Part shown: piece after piece, positions 30,695 to 42,012 of the stretch | Layout of the letters: the number at the start of each line of letters is the position of its first letter | Numbering within the stretch: the first letter of the stretch is position 1 | DNA from: Candidatus Methylomirabilis sp. | GTDB taxonomy: Bacteria > DYJV01 | Direction of reading: 5' to 3' | Assembly (NCBI GenBank): GCA_020722945.1 | Contig: DYJV01000003.1 | Location: forward strand, 1,846-65,845 | DNA length: 64,000 bases | Notes under the pieces: model-generated | The model's database searches: none | Told to the model about the DNA's origin: nothing | Seen by the model: only the letters and a program-made list of their open reading frames with translations | Position numbers and translations under genes: made by a program

Positions 30695-30913
30695 TTTCCT
30701 CCTTTTTTAATTTAAATTAATATTACAAAAAAATAAAACACTCTCTTAAATTAAAGAAATTTAACTTCTATTAAAGAAAATGGCTCACTTTGTCAATAAG
30801 TTTTTGTTTTAACTATATACTTTTTACATTTATTTTACAAAAAAAATATTTAACAAAAAGTGGTTAACTTATAAATTCAGAGCTGTAAATAGTAGTTATT
30901 GAAGTAAAGTTTA

Positions 30914-30942
30914 TTGCTTTTATATTTTTTCTGATGTATAAT
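30914..30942 (+). promoter_or_regulatory. sigma70 promoter for the trpS-tgt operon
   Basis: TTGCTT-17 bp-TATAAT. Confidence 0.6.
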
Positions 30943-30988
30943 CAAAACTCATTATTATAATAATTAATAGCCAATATTGGAGGGATTA

Positions 30989-31975
30989 ATGAACAATGTT
31001 TTAAGTGGAATGAGACCTACCGGGAAACTTCATTTAGGTCACCTGCACGGAGTTCTCGAAAATTGGATAGAGCTACAACACAAATACAACTGTTACTATT
31101 TTGCAGCAGATTGGCACGCTCTTACAAGTGATTACAAAGATACCTCAAACATAAAAAATAATATTTATGATATGATAGCAGACTGGATAAGTGTAGGTAT
31201 CGACCCAGAAAAAGTAGCTATATTCATACAGTCTCACATAAAAGAGCATGCTGAGCTTCACCTTCTCATCTCAATGATAACACCTTTAGGCTGGCTTGAA
31301 CGAAATCCTACATACAAAGAAGTGAAAGAAGAGCTTAGTGAAAAAGATATAAACAGCTACGGTTTTTTAGGCTACCCTGTTCTTCAGACTGTTGATATAA
31401 TTTTATACAAAGCAAAATATGTCCCTATCGGAATAGACCAACTTCCACACCTTGAATTATCAAGAGAGATAGCAAGAAGATTCAATTTTTTATACAACAG
31501 GGAAGTATTTATAGAACCACAGCCACTTTTTACAAAAGTTACAAAATTATCAGGGATAGACGGAAGAAAAATGAGTAAAAGTTACGGTAACTCAATATAT
31601 ATCTCAGATTACGGGAAAACTTTATCTGACAAAGTTCTTAATCTTATTACAGATACAAATAGAGTTAGAAGAAAAGATCCTGGTGACCCAGACAAATGTA
31701 TGGCATTTGAATTCCATAAGCTATACCTATCAGAAGAAGAGATTTTAATGATAAAAAGAGAGTGTCCAACTGCTGGGATAGGTTGTTTTGACTGTAAGAA
31801 GATTCTTCTTAACAGAATTGTTGAGAAATTATCTCCTATTCACCATAAACGTGAGGAGCTTCTCTCAAAAAAAGACTACCTCAATGATATTATAGCAGAT
31901 GGGGATAAAAGAGCCAAAGCTAAAGCAAGTGAAACTCTCAAAGAGTGTCTCGAAGTTATGAATCTCAATTACTAA
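30989..31975 (+). CDS. trpS: Tryptophan--tRNA ligase
   Basis: SGMRPTGKLHLGH, VPIGIDQLPH, KMSKS. Confidence 0.97.
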   Translation: MNNVLSGMRPTGKLHLGHLHGVLENWIELQHKYNCYYFAADWHALTSDYKDTSNIKNNIYDMIADWISVGIDPEKVAIFIQSHIKEHAELHLLISMITPLGWLERNPTYKEVKEELSEKDINSYGFLGYPVLQTVDIILYKAKYVPIGIDQLPHLELSREIARRFNFLYNREVFIEPQPLFTKVTKLSGIDGRKMSKSYGNSIYISDYGKTLSDKVLNLITDTNRVRRKDPGDPDKCMAFEFHKLYLSEEEILMIKRECPTAGIGCFDCKKILLNRIVEKLSPIHHKREELLSKKDYLNDIIADGDKRAKAKASETLKECLEVMNLNY

Positions 31976-33091
<1,116 letters not shown>

Positions 33092-33225
33092 AAAGATATT
33101 AAAAAGCATATCTTATATTTATACAGCCAAAATCTAAAGCCACACAGCACTGCTCACTTTATACTTTTTGTTGTCATATAAAATTTTATATGTTAAGGTT
33201 GAAAAATTTTAACATAGGAGGATTT

Positions 33226-33603
33226 ATGTATTACCTAAAAATCACTTCCTCTTTTGCTGCTGCTCATAATCTTCTCAATTACAATGGGAAGTGTGAGGCT
33301 CTTCATGGTCATAATTGGAAAATAGAAGTAGTGGTAAGGGGGAACGACCTTGACAAATCAGGTATGGTGGTTGATTTTAAAATTTTAAAGAATATCCTTA
33401 ATGAAATAGAGGATACTCTTGACCACAAATATCTCAACGAACTTGACTGCTTTATAGGAGTTAGTCCATCTTCAGAAAATATCTCTAAATTCATCTTTGA
33501 AGAGTTTGAAAAGAGATTGAGTAAATTTAGTAAAGATGTTGAAGTTTTTGAGGTCTCAGCTTGGGAATCAGACAACGCTGTTGCTTCTTTCAGGAGGTCA
33601 TAA
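33226..33603 (+). CDS. queD: 6-carboxytetrahydropterin synthase
   Basis: FAAAH, CEALHGHNW, LDHKYLN, PSSEN. SD AGGAGG before ATG 33226. Confidence 0.93.
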   Translation: MYYLKITSSFAAAHNLLNYNGKCEALHGHNWKIEVVVRGNDLDKSGMVVDFKILKNILNEIEDTLDHKYLNELDCFIGVSPSSENISKFIFEEFEKRLSKFSKDVEVFEVSAWESDNAVASFRRS

Positions 33604-34386
33604 TTGTTACTAAAAGATATTCATAGTCAGGGAGAACATATAAAAATACCAATAGATAAAGTAGGGGTAAAAAACATCAATTACCCTATAATAGTTCTCG
33701 ACAAAACCAAAAAATACCAGCACACAATTGCTTCTATAAATATGTATGTAAACCTTCCTCACCATTTTAAAGGGACACATATGAGTAGATTTATCGAAAT
33801 ACTTAACAAATATAGAGACGAAATAAGTATAAACAACTTTCATCAAATACTTGACGATATGTTAGACAAACTTCAGTCTGAATCAGCTCACCTTGAAGTA
33901 TCCTTTCCATACTTTATAGAGAAGAAAGCACCTGTTACAGGAGCTGAAGGAGTAATGGATTATTTATGCACTTTCCTTGGAAGCAAAAATAAAAATGAAG
34001 ATATAGACTTTATGATTACAGTCAAAGCACCCGTTACATCATTATGTCCATGTTCAAAAGAGATAAGTGATTTTGGTGCCCACAATCAGAGAAGTATTGT
34101 GACTGTTTCATTTAGATTCAGAAAACTTATATGGATAGAGGATATTATCCAAATTATAGAATCTTGCTGTAGTTCCCCTGTTTACTCAATACTAAAAAGA
34201 CCAGATGAAAAATATGTCACAGAAAAAGCCTACAATACCCCAATGTTTGTTGAAGATATAGTCCGTGAGCTTGCAGAAAAGTTAAGAAATCATACTAACA
34301 TCAAATGGTTTATAGTAGAATCAGAAAATTTTGAAAGTATACACAATCATAGTGCTTACGCATCTATAGAGAGTTCTAATATATAG
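33604..34386 (+). CDS. folE2: GTP cyclohydrolase FolE2
   Basis: KGTHMSRF, SLCPCSKEIS, GAHNQR, FVEDIVR, ESIHNH. Confidence 0.95.
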   Translation: MLLKDIHSQGEHIKIPIDKVGVKNINYPIIVLDKTKKYQHTIASINMYVNLPHHFKGTHMSRFIEILNKYRDEISINNFHQILDDMLDKLQSESAHLEVSFPYFIEKKAPVTGAEGVMDYLCTFLGSKNKNEDIDFMITVKAPVTSLCPCSKEISDFGAHNQRSIVTVSFRFRKLIWIEDIIQIIESCCSSPVYSILKRPDEKYVTEKAYNTPMFVEDIVRELAEKLRNHTNIKWFIVESENFESIHNHSAYASIESSNI

Positions 34387-34393
34387 GGACAAA

Positions 34394-35932
34394 ATGATTG
34401 ATACAAAAATCTTAATCAACCACGATAAGCTTGAAACACGAATAGCTGTCCTCGAAAATAATACTCTTGTAGAGATCTATGTCGAAAGGAGGAAGGAGCT
34501 TAATCTTCTTGGAAATATATACAAGGGTAAAGTAGTAAAGATACTCCCCGGAATGCAGTCTGCTTTTGTTGACATAGGTCTTGAGAAAGCTGGTTTTTTA
34601 TATGTATCTGATGTATTTAACTATCTCAATCTGGATAATCTCTTCCTTTCAAATGAATGTATAGATGATCTTGATAATTTTGAAGAACCTCATTTAGAGA
34701 GAAATTACCATATTGAAGATCTCCTTAAAGAGGGTCAGGAGATATTAGTTCAGATAGCCAAAGAACCATTGGGAAGTAAAGGAGCAAGGCTCACATCTCA
34801 TATTACAATTCCCGGTAAACATTTAGTATTACTACCTACTCTGACTCATATAGGCATTTCAAAAAAAATATATGATGAAAAAGAGCGTGACCGCCTCAAA
34901 ATAATTCTTGAGAGTAACCGTGGCAATGACAAGTATGGTGTAATAGCAAGAACTGCAAGCGAAGGAGTTTCTCCTGAAGAGTTGAGAAATGACAAAGACT
35001 TTCTTGTAAAAATATGGGATGAAATCAAAAAAAAATATGAGCAGACTACAGGCATCTCACTACTTCATAGGGATCTTAACTTACCTTCAAGAGTAATTAG
35101 AGATTTTTACTCCGCAAATATTTCTGAGATAATAGTTGACAATAGTGAGCATTACGATACTCTCAAAAATTTTATAGATATTTATCTCCCCAAATTCAAA
35201 AATAGGATCTCTTTTTACAACGAAAAAGAGATGTTGTTTGAAAAATTTAACATAGAAATCGACTACAAAAAATTACTCAATCGAAGAATATGGCTTAAAT
35301 CAGGTGGTTATATAGTTATAGATAAGACTGAAGCTCTCACTGCAATAGATGTCAATACAGGTAAGTTTGTTGGGAAAGTAGAGCTTGAGGAGACTGTTTT
35401 CCAGACTAATATAGAAGCTGCAAAAGAGATAGCTTACCAGCTACGGCTCAGGAATATAGGTGGAATAATCGTAATAGATTTTATTGATATGCACAAGAAG
35501 GAGTATAAAGAGAAAGTTTCTAAAATATTTGAAGATGAGTTAAAAAATGATAGGAACAGAGTCAATATTCTGAAAATATCAGAACTTGGTCTTATAGAGA
35601 TGACAAGAAAGAGGACCCAAGATGACATTATAAGCAATCTTACAACCACATGCCCTATATGTGAAGGGAAGGGGCTCATCAAATCAGCAACATATATTTT
35701 ATGTTCAATCTACCGAAACATAATCAAAAATCAGTCACTATACAGAAACAGAAAACTTATACTAACTGTCCATCCATACATTGGTGAAATAATAATGGAG
35801 GATGAGAGAGATACATTAGAGTGGATTGAGAGAGAGCTTGAGATACAACTTGAAATAAAATTTTTTAAGAAAACCTTTTCAAACAATATAGAGACTTACG
35901 AAATAGAAACTGAAGAGAAAACAATCTTATAA
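34394..35932 (+). CDS. rng: Ribonuclease E/G family (RNase G-size)
   Basis: GNIYKGKV...PGMQSAFVDIG, TEALTAIDVNTG, LRLRNIGGIIVIDFIDM, CPICEGKG. Confidence 0.93.
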   Translation: MIDTKILINHDKLETRIAVLENNTLVEIYVERRKELNLLGNIYKGKVVKILPGMQSAFVDIGLEKAGFLYVSDVFNYLNLDNLFLSNECIDDLDNFEEPHLERNYHIEDLLKEGQEILVQIAKEPLGSKGARLTSHITIPGKHLVLLPTLTHIGISKKIYDEKERDRLKIILESNRGNDKYGVIARTASEGVSPEELRNDKDFLVKIWDEIKKKYEQTTGISLLHRDLNLPSRVIRDFYSANISEIIVDNSEHYDTLKNFIDIYLPKFKNRISFYNEKEMLFEKFNIEIDYKKLLNRRIWLKSGGYIVIDKTEALTAIDVNTGKFVGKVELEETVFQTNIEAAKEIAYQLRLRNIGGIIVIDFIDMHKKEYKEKVSKIFEDELKNDRNRVNILKISELGLIEMTRKRTQDDIISNLTTTCPICEGKGLIKSATYILCSIYRNIIKNQSLYRNRKLILTVHPYIGEIIMEDERDTLEWIERELEIQLEIKFFKKTFSNNIETYEIETEEKTIL

Positions 35933-36041
35933 ACCTTTAATCTGCAACATAGAATTATTTCTCACATTTTTATTTTCTATCCCCATTTGACTTTTATAAA
36001 TAAATTTTGTACCTTATAAGTATAAAAATTTTATAATGTAG

Positions 36042-36740
36042 GTGTTTATAATGCTTTACCAAACCACCTTTAAACTGACAGATGCTTCCATATTCTACCT
36101 TGAGAAAAATAATATTACCAAAAAAGATATTAATGAAATAATATCAAAATTCAAAATACCTCCACTATATAGTGATAAAGCTATTTTTATAGCTAAACTT
36201 TTTACTAATTACGAAACAAAAATCCTTATAGATTTTGCAAATGAAAATAGCTATATCAAGGAATTAACCTATACCAAAATAGACCCTTCAACACTTGATG
36301 ATCATATTATCCCCTACTCAAAAATAGCAAAGAAATCTGATGAGCATGGCTCAAATTGGGAGATAATATCTTTCGGTCAGATAAACAATATGTTTGTATC
36401 AGGATATGGAAAGGTAAAGGAGAACAACAACCTTAGAAAAAAAGAGCGGAATTATAAAGCATCTATATTGCTACTCAAGCTTATAAACATCCCCACAACA
36501 TCAAAAAATATAAATACTCTACAAGATTACCTGATAAATATCAAAAAGCTTGATGATGTATCTATCTTCCTAAATGACTTATTGGAGTGTAAAGAAAACA
36601 ATACTGAAAAGTTTTATAATGAAATTAGTAAAATATTATCCATTAGTAACTTTGAATATTCTGAAAACTTCAAAAATATAGAGGGGTGTATATCAGATAA
36701 AAAAATTATCAAAATACCAACAGGGAACTGGCAATACTAA
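36042..36740 (+). CDS. Hypothetical protein
   Basis: 232-aa ORF filling the gap, with a candidate promoter (TTGACT 35987-17 bp-TACCTT). No motif recognised; start could be ATG 36051. Confidence 0.6.
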   Translation: MFIMLYQTTFKLTDASIFYLEKNNITKKDINEIISKFKIPPLYSDKAIFIAKLFTNYETKILIDFANENSYIKELTYTKIDPSTLDDHIIPYSKIAKKSDEHGSNWEIISFGQINNMFVSGYGKVKENNNLRKKERNYKASILLLKLINIPTTSKNINTLQDYLINIKKLDDVSIFLNDLLECKENNTEKFYNEISKILSISNFEYSENFKNIEGCISDKKIIKIPTGNWQY

Positions 36741-37198
36741 TTGCCAGCTACCTGTTCCTCTTCTACTACATTAATTTTAAGATTAGCATGAACTTCAGGG
36801 TGTAATTTGATTTCTAAATTAAAATTACCAAGTGTCTTTATAGGTTCTTTAAGTAATATTTTCTTTCTGTCGATGTTAAGATCGTAATTTTGAAGTTCTT
36901 TCTCTATCATAATAGCAGTAACTGCTCCAAAAAGTTTTCCACTTTTACCTAACTTCTGTTTAATGTTAATCTCTATTGACTCTAATTTATTTTTAAGTTC
37001 TTCAGCTTGTATCTTTATTTTGTTAAGTTTTAAAGATATCATCCTTTTGTGGTGTTCAAATTCCCTTATATTTTTAGGGTCTGCTTTAACAGCAAATCCC
37101 TTAGGGATAAGGTAATTTCTTGCATAACCATCCTTTACTTTTACAGTTTCTCCGATATTACCAAGAGCTTTTACATCCTCTTTAAGTATTATTTTCAT
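36737..37198 (-). CDS. rplI: 50S ribosomal protein L9
   Basis: MKIIL...VKDGYARNYLIPKG, GKLFGAVT. Confidence 0.97.
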   Translation of the reverse strand: MKIILKEDVKALGNIGETVKVKDGYARNYLIPKGFAVKADPKNIREFEHHKRMISLKLNKIKIQAEELKNKLESIEINIKQKLGKSGKLFGAVTAIMIEKELQNYDLNIDRKKILLKEPIKTLGNFNLEIKLHPEVHANLKINVVEEEQVAGN

Positions 37199-38147
37199 CT
37201 CTGCCTCCCAAATTATTATTGTTAATTATTTTTCTAAAATTAAACCAATTGTCAAATAAACCTGCTAATGCTACTAAAATAAGTAGAAACTGTGAAAAAA
37301 ATATAAAAATATAAAAGATATTCTTCATAATCTTTGAGTAATTAAGCTTTTCAAAGCAAAACTCAATAACCGAAAATCCTTGTATCAGAAATAGATAACA
37401 ACAGAGAATCAAAATATTAAAGGTTATCCATTTGATAGGAGGATATTTTATAAGAAAAATCTCAAAACCTGCTAATATAAACACCCAGACAACCCAAAAT
37501 GGTAAGCTCCAGTTTGATATATCAACTATACCTATATCACTTTTTACTGCTCTTCTGACAATAGAGAGGTTAAGAAAAAATAAGCTACTATAAAAAATTA
37601 TCATTAGTGAAGGTAGTATCCTCACTATAAGATAACTTATCTTGCTCAGATTATTTTTGATAGTGGCAATATCTGACTCACTTACCCCTATCTCCTTGTA
37701 ACTTTGAAGAACAGCTTGAAAATTACTGTTAATGAATGAGGTGAAATCATTAGTTAGAGAGTATATATCCCATCCACTAAAAAGTAATATAAGGAGAATC
37801 GAGAGGAAAGTAGTCAATACCGATACTATAAAAATTGTATTAACACCTTTAAACCCTCTATTAAAAAATTCAAAGAGCAGAAAAAATGGCATTATATATT
37901 GTATAAGGTAAAGAGCCAAACTAAATTTTCCTGAAACAACAAACACCAAAATTGAAGATAGAGCTATACATATATATAACAAATAATTTTTGTTAGTTAC
38001 TCCAATGTAAACAAGCGGCAATGGAGCAAAAAAGTTCAAAATACCACCAACCAAAGGTGAAATCAATGCTGACAAATATAGAGATGACGACAGCAGTGAA
38101 GCAAGAAGAACATTTCTTATATCAATATCATTTCCTCTTATAATCAT
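37182..38147 (-). CDS. DUF2232/YybS family membrane protein
   Basis: Multi-TM protein, [16 protein letters not shown]; conserved position between rpsR and rplI. Confidence 0.85.
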   Translation of the reverse strand: MIIRGNDIDIRNVLLASLLSSSLYLSALISPLVGGILNFFAPLPLVYIGVTNKNYLLYICIALSSILVFVVSGKFSLALYLIQYIMPFFLLFEFFNRGFKGVNTIFIVSVLTTFLSILLILLFSGWDIYSLTNDFTSFINSNFQAVLQSYKEIGVSESDIATIKNNLSKISYLIVRILPSLMIIFYSSLFFLNLSIVRRAVKSDIGIVDISNWSLPFWVVWVFILAGFEIFLIKYPPIKWITFNILILCCYLFLIQGFSVIEFCFEKLNYSKIMKNIFYIFIFFSQFLLILVALAGLFDNWFNFRKIINNNNLGGRDENNT

Positions 38148-38385
38148 TAGCAGTTGTATATGGAAGTAAAGCCATATTTCTTGCTCTCTTAATTTCTTTT
38201 GCTAATTTTCTTTGATGAGCTGCACATGTTCCTGTAATTCTACTTGGGAGAATTTTACCTCTATCAGTAATAAATCTTTTGAGTAACTCATACTTTTTGT
38301 AATCAAGTTCAGATTCTTTGTTCCCACAGAAGTAACATATCTTCTTTTTAGGAAATTTTCTTATAGCAGATGTTCTATTTAACAT
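38128..38385 (-). CDS. rpsR: 30S ribosomal protein S18
   Basis: [35 protein letters not shown]. Confidence 0.97.
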   Translation of the reverse strand: MLNRTSAIRKFPKKKICYFCGNKESELDYKKYELLKRFITDRGKILPSRITGTCAAHQRKLAKEIKRARNMALLPYTTANDYKRK

Positions 38386-38695
38386 TTAGTTTTCCTCCTC
38401 TTTCAATAAAATTAATAGTTTCACCAATTATCTCTATTTTGGTTCTATGTTCACCACTTTTTAAAAAGAAATTTGAAAATTTAAGTTTACCTTCAACAAT
38501 TATCTTTGAATCTTTTGTAAGTTTCTCTTTACACACTTCTGCAAGTTTTGAATACACAACAACATCAAAAAAGTTAACTCTATTCTGGTTGACAACCATA
38601 ATATTCATTCTGGTCAAGGGATTATTTGATGAGTTGTAGAATATTTCAGGGTCCCTGGTAAGCATTCCTGAAATAAAAACCCTGTTTATATCCAT
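38375..38695 (-). CDS. ssb: Single-stranded DNA-binding protein, short form without acidic tail (SSB/PriB-like)
   Basis: [27 protein letters not shown] fold; between rpsF and rpsR; 106 aa. Confidence 0.8.
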   Translation of the reverse strand: MDINRVFISGMLTRDPEIFYNSSNNPLTRMNIMVVNQNRVNFFDVVVYSKLAEVCKEKLTKDSKIIVEGKLKFSNFFLKSGEHRTKIEIIGETINFIERGGKLNVK

Positions 38696-39027
38696 TAACT
38701 TTCAGTTGATTCAACAGGCTCTTTACTCTCTTTAGGCTGCTCGTCACCTAAAACAACAAAGAGATATCTAAAAATATTTTCATTGATCTTAAACTTTCTC
38801 TCTATCTCTTTGACAAGCTGGTAATCAGCATTGAGGTATGCAATAAAATAGTATCCGGTATTTTTTTTGTTTATCGGATAAGCAAATCTTTTGAGACCCC
38901 ATTCATCAACTTTTACAATAGAACCTTTCATCTCTTCAACAAGAGACTTAAACTTTTCAAGCTCCTCTGTGGCAAGCTCTTTACTTAGCTCCCCATTAAC
39001 AATAAACATTAACTCATAATACTTCAT
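38695..39027 (-). CDS. rpsF: 30S ribosomal protein S6
   Basis: YELMFIV, EWGLKRFAYPINK, GYY. Confidence 0.97.
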   Translation of the reverse strand: MKYYELMFIVNGELSKELATEELEKFKSLVEEMKGSIVKVDEWGLKRFAYPINKKNTGYYFIAYLNADYQLVKEIERKFKINENIFRYLFVVLGDEQPKESKEPVESTES

Positions 39028-39032
39028 ATCAA

Positions 39033-39071
39033 CTCCTTATGGTTTTTTAGCCCTTTTTTAAAGAGCAAGGA
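39033..39071 (-). ncRNA. S6:S18 ribosomal protein leader (autoregulatory cis element)
   Basis: Minus strand UCCUU-GCUCUUU-aaa-AAAGGGC-uaaaaaa-CCA-u-AAGGAG. The outer stem sequesters the SD, there is an inner hairpin, and a CCR triplet lies next to the SD. Confidence 0.75.
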
Positions 39072-39086
39072 TAAATAGTTGGTGTC

Positions 39087-39113
39087 AATATAACAATAAA
39101 TAAAAAAAATCAA
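39087..39113 (-). promoter_or_regulatory. Candidate rpsF operon promoter
   Basis: TTGATT-15 bp-TATATT with a TGn extended -10. Confidence 0.45.
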
Positions 39114-39246
39114 GTTTTTTTAGAAAATATTTTAAATAACTATCTCTTTTTTAATATTGATATTGATAACTCTATTTTATCAAAAATCTTGTAATTTTAA
39201 TATTATTGTGGCAGAAAAGATTAAAATAATTATACAAGAGGTAAAA

Positions 39247-40344
39247 ATGGATAAAATAATAACTTCAATGCTAAAGGACCTTCAACAGTTAGCAGAACCT
39301 TCATTAAAGGAGTTTAAAACAACAGAATATATAGTGAACTTTCTAAACAAACATAATATCCCTATCGATAAAAATTTAAAAACAGGTTGTTTTGGAACAA
39401 TCAATGCAGATTCTAATAGAACTATTGCTTTTAGAGCAGATATAGATGCACTCCCTTTAGACAGAGAAAAAACAACCTACAAACATCTTTGCGGACACCA
39501 TTCTCATACCGTAGGATTACTCCTTGCCCTCAAAAATATTATCAACAGAAAAGATAGATTGAAATCCAATATACGATATATTTTCCAGCCAGCAGAGGAG
39601 ACAGGTGGAGGTGCAAAATTTATGATAGAAAATAACGCTCTAACAGATGTAGATGAGATATATGGCCTTCACGGTTATCCAAAAATGAAGTTAGGTGAGA
39701 TAGGGGTGAAAAAAGGGGAAGTCATGGCTGGCTCATGTATCTTCAAACTTGAAATATCAGGTAAAAGCACCCACGCAGCATACCCAAATCAAGGTAACGA
39801 TGTTGTTGTAGCATTGAGCGACTATATAAATCTTTGTCAAAAAATAATATCAAGGATTAAAAATCCTGTAAAAAGTGGGGTAATCTCTTTCTGCATAATA
39901 AATTGCGGTTCAGCTCCTAATATACTTCCTGAAAATATAGAAACAGAAGGAACATTCAGATACTTTGCTAAAGAGGAGAAAGAACTTATCAAAAACAGTA
40001 TGGAAAAATTCCTTCAAGCAGTAGAGATTGGTTACAATGTTAAAGGAAACCTTATCACAAGCTGCAACAATGAGCCTGTTGTCAACAACGATATTCTATC
40101 TGACAAATTAGTAAATATATTAAAAGGTAATACTGATTTTAGGATCATTGATAATTTTACCCCAGAGATGGGTGCAGAAGATTTTTCAGCTTATCTTCAA
40201 ATGGTCAATGGTGTTTATATAAAAGTAGGGATAGCTGAGAATGAGAATCATCCACCACTTCACAACAAAAATTTTTATGTTACTCAAGAGGGTGTAAAAA
40301 ATTACATTAAACTCTGGGAGGCACTATCTTTTGTTGACTTATAG
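39247..40344 (+). CDS. M20 family amidohydrolase
   Basis: FRADIDALP, HLCGH, FQPAEETGGG, GAEDFS, PLHN. Confidence 0.9.
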   Translation: MDKIITSMLKDLQQLAEPSLKEFKTTEYIVNFLNKHNIPIDKNLKTGCFGTINADSNRTIAFRADIDALPLDREKTTYKHLCGHHSHTVGLLLALKNIINRKDRLKSNIRYIFQPAEETGGGAKFMIENNALTDVDEIYGLHGYPKMKLGEIGVKKGEVMAGSCIFKLEISGKSTHAAYPNQGNDVVVALSDYINLCQKIISRIKNPVKSGVISFCIINCGSAPNILPENIETEGTFRYFAKEEKELIKNSMEKFLQAVEIGYNVKGNLITSCNNEPVVNNDILSDKLVNILKGNTDFRIIDNFTPEMGAEDFSAYLQMVNGVYIKVGIAENENHPPLHNKNFYVTQEGVKNYIKLWEALSFVDL

Positions 40345-40364
40345 GCATCACTCTTAATTTTTTT

Positions 40365-41636
40365 ATGGGAAGAAAAATTACTAAAAAAGAGCCTCTAAAA
40401 GTTTTATACATACTGTCCCAAAAACCGGGTAACACAGGGAGTGGAATTTATTTAAAATATATTACAAAGGAAGCCCTCAGATACAATATAGATATGAGGG
40501 TAATCATCGGTATTTCAGAGATAAATGAGATTTCAGAGCTTTACCATATCCCTCAAACCCAAATTTTCCCTCTAATATTTACCAAAGATATCCCTTTTAT
40601 AATCACAGGTATGAGCGATGTTATGCCTTATCCAAGCACAAAATTCTCCGATTTTACTGATGAGATGTTTTATAGCTACTGCAAAGGTTTTAAGGCTACT
40701 CTTAAATATGCAACAGAGAATTGGACTCCAGATATACTTCACTCAAATCATCTATGGGTTGTATCAGCATTAGCAAGATCTACATTTAAAGATATCCCTC
40801 TTGTTGTATCTTGCCACGGCACAGAGTTAAGACAGAGAATTACTGCAGCTAAGATAGAAAAAAAGATAGTTAAAGATTTAAAAAAAGTCGATATAATCTT
40901 GGCACTTACTGAAGAGCAGAAGAGCACTATACTCAAATGGCTCAAAATTCCTGAACAAAAAGTAGTTGTTACAGGGAGTGGGTATGCAAACGATATCTTT
41001 TACTGCAATCAAAATATTAATTTACAAAATAAAGATTTTTTCACAGTTATCTATGCAGGAAAGATAAGCTCTGCAAAAGGCGTTCCTTACCTAATTGATG
41101 CTTTTAAAGGGCTTAATGAGAAAGTGAGAAATAAAATAAAACTCTACATAGTTGGTGATTACAGCTCAGCAGAGGGTGAGAGGATAAGAAATAGTATCGT
41201 ATCAGAACATTTCCCAAATATATATTTTTTTGGAAAACTGTCTCAACAAGAGCTTGCAGATAAATTAAGAGAATCCCAGCTTTTTATTCTACCATCATTT
41301 TTTGAGGGGCTGCCACTTGTTGTAATGGAATCTATTGCCTGTGGTTGTGCTGTGGTAGTAAGTGAACTACCTGATATTTCACTATGGATAAACAGAGAGC
41401 TTGTTGACAACGAGGTTGTAAAATTTATTCAGCTACCAGAGATGGAATCAATTGACACACCTATAGATTCACAGATAGATTATTTTACAAATAATATAAA
41501 AGAAGCAATCCTTTGCTATGCAAATAAATTCTTTAATAAAGAGTATCCCGATGTAAAAAGATTTAGAAGTTTTATAACTCAACACTCTTTTGAGAATCTG
41601 TTTAAAAAAATTGTTGGGATATACAGCAGAATATAA
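40365..41636 (+). CDS. Glycosyltransferase family 4
   Basis: PDILHSNHLW, CHGTE, YAGKISSAKG, LPSFFEGLPLVVMESIACG. Confidence 0.9.
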   Translation: MGRKITKKEPLKVLYILSQKPGNTGSGIYLKYITKEALRYNIDMRVIIGISEINEISELYHIPQTQIFPLIFTKDIPFIITGMSDVMPYPSTKFSDFTDEMFYSYCKGFKATLKYATENWTPDILHSNHLWVVSALARSTFKDIPLVVSCHGTELRQRITAAKIEKKIVKDLKKVDIILALTEEQKSTILKWLKIPEQKVVVTGSGYANDIFYCNQNINLQNKDFFTVIYAGKISSAKGVPYLIDAFKGLNEKVRNKIKLYIVGDYSSAEGERIRNSIVSEHFPNIYFFGKLSQQELADKLRESQLFILPSFFEGLPLVVMESIACGCAVVVSELPDISLWINRELVDNEVVKFIQLPEMESIDTPIDSQIDYFTNNIKEAILCYANKFFNKEYPDVKRFRSFITQHSFENLFKKIVGIYSRI

Positions 41637-41639
41637 GGG

Positions 41640-41975
41640 TTACAATGAGGTAATTTTTTTTATAAAAGTATCAAAAGTCGTAACCTGAAATAAAGACTCA
41701 ACCCTCTCATTAGCACCGTAATAATACATCTGACCATTTTTCTCTTTTATATTATCATATATCTTTATGATAACACCCAAACCTGTAGAATCAAGCTCAA
41801 CCAACTCATTAAAAATAAATACTACTTTTACATCGTGCCTGCTATCCAACCATAGAGATATATCTTTTTTCATTTTATCAAGAGTTTCAATAGTATCTAC
41901 TGTCATAGATGATGCAACTGTAACATTAAGGGTATTATAATCTTTCTCTTTTAATGAATACAAATGATTAACCAT
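41640..41975 (-). CDS. STAS-domain anti-sigma factor antagonist
   Basis: ELDSTGLGVII, ERVESLFQVT. Confidence 0.85.
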   Translation of the reverse strand: MVNHLYSLKEKDYNTLNVTVASSMTVDTIETLDKMKKDISLWLDSRHDVKVVFIFNELVELDSTGLGVIIKIYDNIKEKNGQMYYYGANERVESLFQVTTFDTFIKKITSL

Positions 41976-42012
41976 TTCTAACTTATATTAGTTAAGATAC
42001 AAACTATAAGCC

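Noticed and set aside
33092-33225. preQ1 riboswitch upstream of queD
   Set aside because: No GGUUC-type stem-loop with an A-rich pseudoknot tail was recognised.
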